From the IMG/VR virus record IMGVR_UViG_2585427767_000006: a stretch of 47,449 nt of DNA. The stretch is one strand, 5' to 3'. Origin of the DNA: a virus. Its lineage: Duplodnaviria > Heunggongvirae > Uroviricota > Caudoviricetes. Of this stretch, positions 30,610 to 38,345 are shown piece by piece; the stretch's first letter is position 1; every line of letters starts with the position of its first letter. Position numbers and translations under genes: made by a program. The notes under the pieces are model-generated. The model did not search any database and had not been told where the DNA came from. It saw only the letters and a program-made list of their open reading frames with translations.

Positions 30610-30966
30610 CTACCCCAGATGAGTAATCCGAAGTTCATCCATACCACAGGTCCTGGCTATTCTGTTGTACTCCTGAACAAGAGCAAATAATTCTGAATTA
30701 GCCACCATGAACTCATCGCAAACCCTCTGTATAGCATCACTATTCAGAATAATAACGTCTCTTCCCGAAAGACGATCAGGAGTACAGAACAAAACTGTCA
30801 AACGGCTGAAGGCCTTTGCTCGTGCTGCATTGACTATATCAATACGCTGCCTAAGGATGAAACACCCCGACGCCTCATCAATATTCACTCTACCCACACC
30901 ATATGAATGATAAATATTTAATGCTGAAAAAACCATTAGACCGTATAACAAACACTCAATCAACAC
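30610..30966 (-). CDS. Hypothetical ORF at the position stxA occupies in Stx phages; coding status doubtful
   Basis: 118-aa ORF with GTG start and no convincing SD at either the GTG or the internal ATG (30936); AT-rich. Confidence 0.25.
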   Translation of the reverse strand: MLIECLLYGLMVFSALNIYHSYGVGRVNIDEASGCFILRQRIDIVNAARAKAFSRLTVLFCTPDRLSGRDVIILNSDAIQRVCDEFMVANSELFALVQEYNRIARTCGMDELRITHLG

Positions 30967-31073
30967 TTAACAGAACTTTTATTTTTGACAAACATATAAT
31001 ATTTTCAACAATATCCTGAGCCAGGTATATTTCAGTATAAGGCTCTGCCGGAAGGAATCTGGAAGAATGAATA

Positions 31074-31150
31074 TGGCGCGCTGTACTGGATTCGAACCAG
31101 TGACCGATTGCTTAGAAGGCAATTGCTCTGTCCGGCTGAGCTAACAACGC
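31074..31150 (-). tRNA. tRNA-Arg (anticodon UCU)
   Basis: Minus-strand 77-nt sequence GCGTTGTTAGCTCAGCCGGACAGAGCAATTGCCTTCTAAGCAATCGGTCACTGGTTCGAATCCAGTACAGCGCGCCA folds as a cloverleaf with anticodon loop CUUCUAA and T-loop TTCGAAT. Confidence 0.9.
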
Positions 31151-31250
31151 TGAATACCGATAATGGACCGCCATCGGGGACCCGCCCCCGCACCAACAAC
31201 CCTGTTATCGTGTCGTCTGCTCTTCCTGATAAGCTAATGGCGGTTTGTGA

Positions 31251-31326
31251 TGGTGGCCCTTGCTGGATTTGAACCAGCGACCTGGCGATTATGAGTCGCT
31301 CGCTCTCACCACTGAGCTAAAGGGCC
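31251..31326 (-). tRNA. tRNA-Ile2 (anticodon CAU, ileX/ileZ-like; could alternatively be Met)
   Basis: Minus-strand 76-nt sequence GGCCCTTTAGCTCAGTGGTGAGAGCGAGCGACTCATAATCGCCAGGTCGCTGGTTCAAATCCAGCAAGGGCCACCA; 7-bp acceptor stem, anticodon CAU, very close to E. coli ileX. Confidence 0.85.
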
Positions 31327-31469
31327 GGGAGCAGAATAATAACGGTCCGTAATTAATTCCACAATAAAAAACCCACTCGGCGGCGGGTTGTTGAAACTCT
31401 TCTAACGTCAGGCATAAAAAGCCCATCGTTATGACGAATTTACCACAGATTCCGGAAAAATCAACCTTG
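31327..31469 (-). promoter_or_regulatory. Putative late promoter / Q-utilisation region with terminator-like hairpin downstream of Q
   Basis: Minus strand has TTGATT-N16-TAAATT promoter-like hexamers just after the Q stop and a short GC hairpin followed by UUUUU near 31366..31389; assignment by analogy to lambda, not verified. Confidence 0.3.
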
Positions 31470-32291
31470 TTACCTAGTTACCTTTTTTAACTGCCGCTCA
31501 GCCCATGCTTCTTCAATATCAAACCGGGTCACCAGCGCATCATAGAATTTCTTAACTGTTTTTTCCCATGACGCGCGTGTTATCTGGTTTGTCACCTCGC
31601 ATATAGCATTAAATGCCTCCGTTGATGGTAGTCTTTCATAGCCACGACCACCACAACGCTGGCAGTCTCTGATAACAGGCATACCACGTTTTACCGACTC
31701 TTCACGGTAAAGGGCGACACCACGCCCACGGCAATCCTTACAGGCGGTGGAAACCTCACCCTTTCCGCCACACTCCGGACAGGCAACTTTTACCACCTCC
31801 CTGACTTTTTTCCATTCTTCCCAGTAAGACGGATACACGCCTTTTGTGCACTTTGCCCACACTGGTGGCTTACCATCCGGATACTGGATCTTGTTTGTAA
31901 AAACCTCGCTTTCAATAAATTTTTTTCCGTGACAGCAGGGGCACTGTTTTTTGCTCGCCGCGCTACGGGCATAATCTTCAAACGCATACGAAGCCATAAT
32001 GCGCATCACTACCGGTTTTATTTCTGCCGGAAGTTTTCTCAACGCCGCCACACGATCGCACCGACTGAGTGCATAATCTGCCAGTAATTCTGTTGCCCGC
32101 GCCCTGTCATTCATACTGATGCCCATTTTCCCCAGGAACGCAGAAAACCCCATCTCAGCCCGATTCTGTGTCATGCCCTGCGCGGCCATCACATCAGTGA
32201 TACTCAGCGCATCTTTTGACGTTGAGGCCGATGCATCGGTCAGGCCAGGGGATTTTGGGGAGTAGTATTTCGGTAAATCTTCCAGTTTCAT
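31470..32291 (-). CDS. Q: Late-gene antiterminator Q (zinc-binding Q family)
   Basis: 273-aa protein with multiple CxxC pairs (CPCCHGKK, CPECGGKG, CKDCRGRG, CQRCGGRG); immediately upstream of tRNAs and lysis genes; ATG overlaps the rusA stop. Confidence 0.8.
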   Translation of the reverse strand: MKLEDLPKYYSPKSPGLTDASASTSKDALSITDVMAAQGMTQNRAEMGFSAFLGKMGISMNDRARATELLADYALSRCDRVAALRKLPAEIKPVVMRIMASYAFEDYARSAASKKQCPCCHGKKFIESEVFTNKIQYPDGKPPVWAKCTKGVYPSYWEEWKKVREVVKVACPECGGKGEVSTACKDCRGRGVALYREESVKRGMPVIRDCQRCGGRGYERLPSTEAFNAICEVTNQITRASWEKTVKKFYDALVTRFDIEEAWAERQLKKVTR

Positions 32292-32662
32292 TTTTTGACC
32301 TGCCCTTCAAGCATTATGGGGTAAATCTTCACCCCCAGACGTCCACCAGATACTGGCTGACCACGAACGATATTGATTTCATCAAACTGCTCATCGTCCA
32401 TTAACACTCCCGCATGCGTCAGCGCATCCAGCGGTGCTTTCAGGATATTGTCCAGGTCGCGACGACGCTTATCCGGTGGCTCTGCAATCACCTTTATCGC
32501 CAGCCTTCCGGACAGGCTTAATTTCAGCCGCTGCTGGCGAACAATAAGCGCCACAGCCCGGCGATAACGCTTTCCCTCCTCCGAGATAAAATATGTGCTG
32601 CCACGGCGTCGCCAGTAAGTGTTCACCGTCGGCGGGTAAGGTAAAACCAAATCTATGAGCAT
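32288..32662 (-). CDS. rusA: Holliday junction resolvase RusA
   Basis: 124-aa protein with PPDKRRRDLDNILKAPLDALTHAGVLMDDEQ, the RusA catalytic-Asp signature. Confidence 0.9.
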   Translation of the reverse strand: MLIDLVLPYPPTVNTYWRRRGSTYFISEEGKRYRRAVALIVRQQRLKLSLSGRLAIKVIAEPPDKRRRDLDNILKAPLDALTHAGVLMDDEQFDEINIVRGQPVSGGRLGVKIYPIMLEGQVKK

Positions 32663-32674
32663 CAGTCACCTCTT

Positions 32675-33721
32675 TTACCCAAGCACGCCAGTTGCAAAGG
32701 CGTGATCAAGAAAACGAAAAATTAAATCAACCTGAGAACCATGCTTTTCTTCGAACGCCAGAGGATCCGCATGAAGCTCGTTGTGATGCTCCCGACACAG
32801 CGGTAGCGTGAAAATATCGTGAGATTTTGTCCCCATTCCGCCCTGACCATGACCAATCAGGTGATGGGGATCGTCGGCTGGCTTACCACAACACGCACAC
32901 GGCTGTGTCTTCACCCAGCGTGTGTATTTCTCGTTAACCCAGCGGCGACGTTTAGGTCGTTTCATGAAAGATTCCGGAGACTCAGGATCAACGGCAATGC
33001 TGACCACCGTCTCTTCCTGTGGCGGGGTTTGCTGGTGGGCGGGAGGCAGCGGCGCAAGATTTTTTGTGCGCTGCTTCAGTATGCTGGTGGCGGTCTGCTC
33101 TCCCGGTACGATGTCGCTTTCACGGTACATTGAGCGGATTTTTTCCGCACGCAACCCCAGCGAACGACGTAATACCGCTTCCGGTAGCGCGTCCGCCACC
33201 TGATTGCGGACCGCCCACCAGGATAATTCAGCCAGCGATAATTCCCGTTCCTGCGAGCCATTCATTGCATGGAGTATGACGTCAATCATCCATGCAGACA
33301 GGTTTTGGTGAGCAAGTTGCCCGAGTGATTCGGAGGTCTGGTCGCGCAGCTGGTTGTCGCAGTGCCAGCACAACACCATTGCGCCGGTACCATAACGGTG
33401 AATGACGGTTTCACTGTGGTGATAATCGCCGTGTGGCCACTGGCAGGATTTAACATGGCGCAGTAACCAGTCAGACAATGCGCCAGCGCCACCAGCAGCA
33501 CGAATCACTCGTTCGTCGCTGAAAAATAGCAGTAATGATTTATCCTCCGCCAGCGGCTGGCGAACGGCAGGAACGACCCCGGACGACAGATTACGCATGC
33601 TTTTCGGTTCCGGCTCCACCAGTACCCGGGTATTGTGGAATACCGGCATGGATTCACGGCCCGGCTTAACGATCACCAGCCCGAGTTCCGGTACCAGAAC
33701 AGGTCGAAGTAATACCCGCAC
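32675..33721 (-). CDS. DUF968-family protein with C-terminal HNH-like motif (YdfU-like)
   Basis: 348-aa protein; C-terminus CACCGKPADDPHHLIGHGQGGMGTKSHDIFTLPLCREHHNELH is a Cys/His HNH-like motif. Confidence 0.7.
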   Translation of the reverse strand: MRVLLRPVLVPELGLVIVKPGRESMPVFHNTRVLVEPEPKSMRNLSSGVVPAVRQPLAEDKSLLLFFSDERVIRAAGGAGALSDWLLRHVKSCQWPHGDYHHSETVIHRYGTGAMVLCWHCDNQLRDQTSESLGQLAHQNLSAWMIDVILHAMNGSQERELSLAELSWWAVRNQVADALPEAVLRRSLGLRAEKIRSMYRESDIVPGEQTATSILKQRTKNLAPLPPAHQQTPPQEETVVSIAVDPESPESFMKRPKRRRWVNEKYTRWVKTQPCACCGKPADDPHHLIGHGQGGMGTKSHDIFTLPLCREHHNELHADPLAFEEKHGSQVDLIFRFLDHAFATGVLG

Positions 33722-33722
33722 G

Positions 33723-34001
33723 TTACCTCCAGATGCGTTGCTGGAATGTGCGGGACGGACGCGGTGGGCGTTCGGAATAAGGGAGTCTGACGTAGATTAT
33801 CCAGTGACGATAATCGAGGCTGAGGGCTTTCTTAATCTCGTATCCGTGTCTGCGGTAGCACTGAATTAGCCACTCGGCCTGTTCTTCAGTGCATGGGGGA
33901 TGCTGGAACCAGTCAGATTTGAAAGTGCGGGAACGCCGCCCGTGCCTGCTGGCAAAGACGGCAGAATCATCAGAATTGTGTAATTTGGTATCGTGCGCCA
34001 T
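33723..34001 (-). CDS. Hypothetical protein (92 aa from ATG 34001)
   Basis: ORF abutting the DUF968 gene; weak SD; function unknown. Confidence 0.35.
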   Translation of the reverse strand: MAHDTKLHNSDDSAVFASRHGRRSRTFKSDWFQHPPCTEEQAEWLIQCYRRHGYEIKKALSLDYRHWIIYVRLPYSERPPRPSRTFQQRIWR

Positions 34002-34116
34002 CGGTTGTCTCTGCTGGCGCAGCAGGTGCCAGTTGTTCAGGCTGGCGTGCGAATTGTAAACCAGAATGCCAGGAAAAAACAAAACCCGCCGAAGCGGGTT
34101 TTTTGTACATATAGAA

Positions 34117-35214
34117 TTATGGTATTAATCCAGCTGTTCTTGCTTTATTAATATAATTTTTACAGTGGTTAGCCAAATACTCTGCAAACTTGCATGGAAG
34201 TGCATTTCCTATTATGACGCATACTTTATCCATCAAAGCTGTATCAAACACATAGTTATCAGGAAAAGTCTGTAGTCTAGCAGCTTCTCGAACAGAAATA
34301 GTACGCGTATCCTCAGGATGTCCATATCGCCCACGGCTTAAAGTTGTGCACCCACCTGTAATCGTTGGCGATACGTCATCCCAAAGCATACGACCATAAA
34401 CATTACTAAATCCTTTATAGTCGCCTTTATGGCAATCTGGACGGAGTTCTTCGGGAATACACTCCCAAGACATCCCTGGAACAGCCGCTTGTAACCGCTT
34501 TATATTGATCTCAGACAAATCCCTAACAATATGCCAACTCGACAATGGAAACTTCCCTTGCTTCTTAGCCTGTGAAAGAGTTAAGGGTTTTGGCATATCT
34601 CCAATAGCTTCTTTAACAGTTACCCATTTGGGTTTCTCTCTTCCATCCTTAGAGTGTGATCCATCAGGCAATGGGATGGCAAATCCTTTTCCTGCCAACA
34701 GAACAAGCCTTTTTCTGAACTGTGGTACACCAAAGTCAGCTACTTGCAAAACTCCATAATTAACTATGTAACCAAGTTTTTTCAATCTCTCAATTACTGG
34801 CGAAAGAAGATGATTTCCCCGGGAAGCTAATCCAGGAACATTTTCCATCATGATTGCTGATGGATTGGTTTCTTCAACCAACCGTAACATCTCGTTAATC
34901 AATAAATTACGAGGGTCCTCCCTTTTATACTTGGCAGTGAGACTAGTAAATCCTTGACATGGCGGGCACGCAGATAAAAGATCTAAATGTTGCTCAGGGA
35001 TAAGATTTAGGATATCACTCCCCTTTACAAACCGAATATCTTGAACAAAGAGTTTTGTCTCACGATGATTTGCTTGGAAAGTAGCGGCGGCATGTGCGTC
35101 CAGTTCAACGGCAGCTTTGACATCAAACCCGGCCATTTTTAGTCCCATGGTTAGTCCCCCACCACCGCTAAATAGGTCAACTGCATTCAAACTGGTCACT
35201 GTTTTCTCACTCAT
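34117..35214 (-). CDS. DNA cytosine-5 methyltransferase (Dcm-type)
   Basis: Motif I DLFSGGGG, catalytic motif IV PCQGF, motif VI ENV, motif VIII QFRKR; ATG overlaps the upstream gene's stop by 8 nt. Confidence 0.9.
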   Translation of the reverse strand: MSEKTVTSLNAVDLFSGGGGLTMGLKMAGFDVKAAVELDAHAAATFQANHRETKLFVQDIRFVKGSDILNLIPEQHLDLLSACPPCQGFTSLTAKYKREDPRNLLINEMLRLVEETNPSAIMMENVPGLASRGNHLLSPVIERLKKLGYIVNYGVLQVADFGVPQFRKRLVLLAGKGFAIPLPDGSHSKDGREKPKWVTVKEAIGDMPKPLTLSQAKKQGKFPLSSWHIVRDLSEINIKRLQAAVPGMSWECIPEELRPDCHKGDYKGFSNVYGRMLWDDVSPTITGGCTTLSRGRYGHPEDTRTISVREAARLQTFPDNYVFDTALMDKVCVIIGNALPCKFAEYLANHCKNYINKARTAGLIP

Positions 35215-37318
35215 TATTTCCCAACTTCAACTGTTCTGCCTCATCCAAGAATTCTTGGTGAGTTTGAGTTGTCCTCAGCAAGAACCCTGCCCAATCAACG
35301 GGTGTTAGGCGTTTTTCTTCGATGTATGCAGTATAAGCTTTACGACGTGCCCCACTCAAGCGCTCCCCATCACTTACCAGCGTAACGTGAAAATCAGATG
35401 CTATTGATTTAAAATCATTATGTCTCTCATCGTTCAAAAACTCCTCGAATGTTTCGAAGTAATTAATAATACGATCCATTTCATCATTGGAAATATAATG
35501 ATGTGGCTTTTTTATTTCAATTATTTGTAATTTTCCATCCTGACTAAACAATACAAAGTCTGGTCTTTTATTTTTTTTATCAAAATCTATAAGAAATATC
35601 TCCTCACCAGTTTTCTTTTTATAAAATTTTTGAAATTCCCTTTTAAGCGTGGACAACGTTTTATTTGCTGTAACTGGGACCCATTGAGGGTTAACTAGCC
35701 ACGGAGCGGATGCAATTAGATCTTGTAACTCATCTTCTGCTGTATCCTTTGCGTCTTTTAAAGACTCGAGACGCTCAATAATCTGAAGACGCTTTTTGAC
35801 CTTTTGACCAAAACTAACGGTTTCAGCTAGTTGAGCCGTTGCTAAAATATCGTTGAGAACATTGAGCGGTGTATCCGCTTTACTGGAAGCTTCTATTAAC
35901 TTCTCATCTAAGGATTGTAATGGTGCTAACATAATACTTAACTGCACTAAATTCTCGAGTGCATCAGGATCATGTAATTCATCACCTCGTAAAGATTTAC
36001 CCAACAACTTGGCTATTTTTTTAGCCTGTGCTCGCATATCCTTTTGACCGGCTCCAGGGTATGCTTGCTCGACCTTATCCTCCACTTGCGCTAATTCGAA
36101 GAATTGATTCATCATATTATTTCTAAGGGGGTCGCGAGTTATTTTACCCACAAGTAAAATAACTTCTTGCCCCCAATTCTGAAATTGCGTTCCTAAATCA
36201 TCAGACCATAGAATATCCCTTCTATCAGTTTGGATAAGATCTTCTTTTTCGTCTAACCAGTCAGCATGCAACTCACCTACCAAATATGAACGTATAGAGT
36301 GCTCTCCAGTAAAACCAGCTTTTCTATTAAAAACTGCTGTTTGCGCAGCAAACTTACCTCGGCAATAAATTCTAACACCTGCCATTAACTCGTCCTTATA
36401 AGGCTCTTTCGCGTATGCAATCCAACCTAATATCGGGTAAGCTTTCCCTTCATGTTCAAAACCGGCCTTAACAATTGATGAACGCGTGCCGTCAGGATTA
36501 AAAGCCGTATAATCACTTAAATCCGTACAAGAATCTGTCGCAATACTTCCACTCATGGAACGAAATTCAATTTTAGAGTTAGGCATAACAGGAACAGTAA
36601 ACTCTCCGACCTCAACTTCATAGTCAGGATTAGACTTTGTTTTCGAAGTATCAATCAGTTTAATATTCCAGTTTTTACTCTTCACTCCAAAACGTTGTGA
36701 AAGCTGCCGAGATAAATCTTTTATTTCGCTAATTTTTCTATATTCAAAATCACTTAATATTATTTTAGTATAGGTCCTGTCACTTAGTGTGCCGTCTAAA
36801 TCCCCAGTTTCCGGTTTATAAGACACTGCAGTATCATCCATTATTTTTTCTTTATCTAGCTGAATATGAGCAACCTCATACCCTTCCTTTCCATCACGAC
36901 TGATTTTTTCCCCACCGGCACTTATAATCTCGACCCTTTTACAAACACCAAAAGGTGCTAATTTCCCAACGCCTTTCCGTCCCATGACTTTGCGGTGAAA
37001 CACCTTCGAGGTTTCACCTCTTTTTGGATCCTTACGTCTTTCTTTGCCAACAACCAAATAAAAGTTCTGTAGTTCATCAGGCGCCATTCCGACGCCATTA
37101 TCTTCTACTTCTATTGTGACATTTTTTGACCTGACAACACCATCCTGTCTAACAGCCAAGTATTGGCCCATAGGTGCTTTTATAGTGACATTAGTCGCAT
37201 CTGCATCGTAACTGTTAGATACTAATTCGGCTATAACAGCATAAGCCCTGTCATATAATTTCACACCTAATTTATCTACTGTCATCCTTGATATCTGCAT
37301 TTCATATTGACGCGCCAT
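35207..37318 (-). CDS. GHKL (MORC/MutL-like) ATPase fused to a C-terminal PD-(D/E)xK-type nuclease domain; putative restriction/defence nuclease
   Basis: N-box ELVSNSYDADA, G1 DNGVGM, G2 GRKGVGKLAPFG in the first 130 aa; C-terminal IDFD...PDFVLF...IIEIKK nuclease-like signature; SD AAGGA upstream. Confidence 0.7.
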   Translation of the reverse strand: MARQYEMQISRMTVDKLGVKLYDRAYAVIAELVSNSYDADATNVTIKAPMGQYLAVRQDGVVRSKNVTIEVEDNGVGMAPDELQNFYLVVGKERRKDPKRGETSKVFHRKVMGRKGVGKLAPFGVCKRVEIISAGGEKISRDGKEGYEVAHIQLDKEKIMDDTAVSYKPETGDLDGTLSDRTYTKIILSDFEYRKISEIKDLSRQLSQRFGVKSKNWNIKLIDTSKTKSNPDYEVEVGEFTVPVMPNSKIEFRSMSGSIATDSCTDLSDYTAFNPDGTRSSIVKAGFEHEGKAYPILGWIAYAKEPYKDELMAGVRIYCRGKFAAQTAVFNRKAGFTGEHSIRSYLVGELHADWLDEKEDLIQTDRRDILWSDDLGTQFQNWGQEVILLVGKITRDPLRNNMMNQFFELAQVEDKVEQAYPGAGQKDMRAQAKKIAKLLGKSLRGDELHDPDALENLVQLSIMLAPLQSLDEKLIEASSKADTPLNVLNDILATAQLAETVSFGQKVKKRLQIIERLESLKDAKDTAEDELQDLIASAPWLVNPQWVPVTANKTLSTLKREFQKFYKKKTGEEIFLIDFDKKNKRPDFVLFSQDGKLQIIEIKKPHHYISNDEMDRIINYFETFEEFLNDERHNDFKSIASDFHVTLVSDGERLSGARRKAYTAYIEEKRLTPVDWAGFLLRTTQTHQEFLDEAEQLKLGNNE

Positions 37319-37894
37319 TTAAATATCCTTCTAAAAGAGTATTTTTTGCTCAAAAAGGGGAAGTTTATGTTTGACTAACATAGCAAAAAAACTTTCATCT
37401 TCAAGAGGTTCACACCAAAAGAATTTACCTGGTTCACATAACCAGCTGGATTAGTGTTGAGTTTTGGGTAAACCTGAGGATTGAGAAACCAGTACTGATA
37501 AATGGGTATCCGCTGTTTTCGTCCCTCTCCTGAGCTACCGTGTATTGAAATGGCATCGACACTATTACATGGTAGGAGGTTGTATGTATGGTTTAGATAT
37601 TTTGCATCTTTCACAGACACTTTTTACCTTTGCCATATCCTTCCACATTGTTTCTCCGGAAATCACTAACGGTTTGGCATTTGCATAACCATTATCAGCC
37701 ATAGCTTCTTGCCGTTAACTTCGGTTGCACCTGATTGTTGCTCACCTTCAGGCAATGATGGGTTATATACACGGACTGAGCTCACTGCAGTAACAACCTT
37801 CCCAGTCAACTTACCTATGCTTTCAACCATCATCGTAGCGGCATACTTCCGAATTGCTATTATTTCAATTCTGCACCGTTTGCTCAATGTAACG

Positions 37895-38305
37895 CTACCT
37901 AAAACGTCGCCGATAGAACGCCAGCACGCGCTGCATAACTTCGCTCTTCCGGCACTCGCTACAGATTATGTTCTGACGCCTGTCATAACGACGTATTTCT
38001 CCATCAGGTAATGACCAGATAAGGTCCGGATCAACCGCAGATGGTTTCTTCAGCTTTGCCCTTGAGAGCTTTTTACGGGCATTTTGCCAGTCCTTACGCG
38101 CCTGTTCAGGCGGGAATAACCCGTAACCAGAGTTGTATACATCGCCACTGGCAACCAGCTCTCTGGCCAGAACGCTCATCAGATATCTTGTTGCCCCAGT
38201 TCTAGCTTCCAGTTGTCGTAACGTCTCGCGCCCACTCTGGCGTACGAGTTCAAGAACCTGCCCTTTAATTTTTTCCCGCTCTTCTTGTGTAAAAACTTTT
38301 GCCAC
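37895..38305 (-). CDS. Hypothetical protein (136 aa) downstream of the replication initiator
   Basis: GTG start with strong SD AGGAGGG 5 nt upstream; basic C-terminus with CSEC pair; function unknown. Confidence 0.5.
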   Translation of the reverse strand: MAKVFTQEEREKIKGQVLELVRQSGRETLRQLEARTGATRYLMSVLARELVASGDVYNSGYGLFPPEQARKDWQNARKKLSRAKLKKPSAVDPDLIWSLPDGEIRRYDRRQNIICSECRKSEVMQRVLAFYRRRFR

Positions 38306-38345
38306 AAGCCCTCCTGAAAATTACCTCATGACCAGAAATACACAC

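Noticed and set aside
30707-30910. 67-aa plus-strand ORF inside the stx-slot cargo
   Set aside because: No SD, overlaps the 118-aa minus-strand ORF; no basis to prefer it as coding.
29567-31073. Shiga toxin genes stxA/stxB at the canonical position between the phage tRNAs and nanS-p
   Set aside because: No ORF of stxA size (~315 aa) or with StxA/StxB-like sequence on either strand; the only ORFs are 111, 118 and under 70 aa with unrelated sequences.
31151-31250. Possible third tRNA between the two tRNA genes (Stx phages carry three)
   Set aside because: The 100-bp spacer shows no acceptor stem / T-loop (GTTCGAATC-like) arrangement on either strand.
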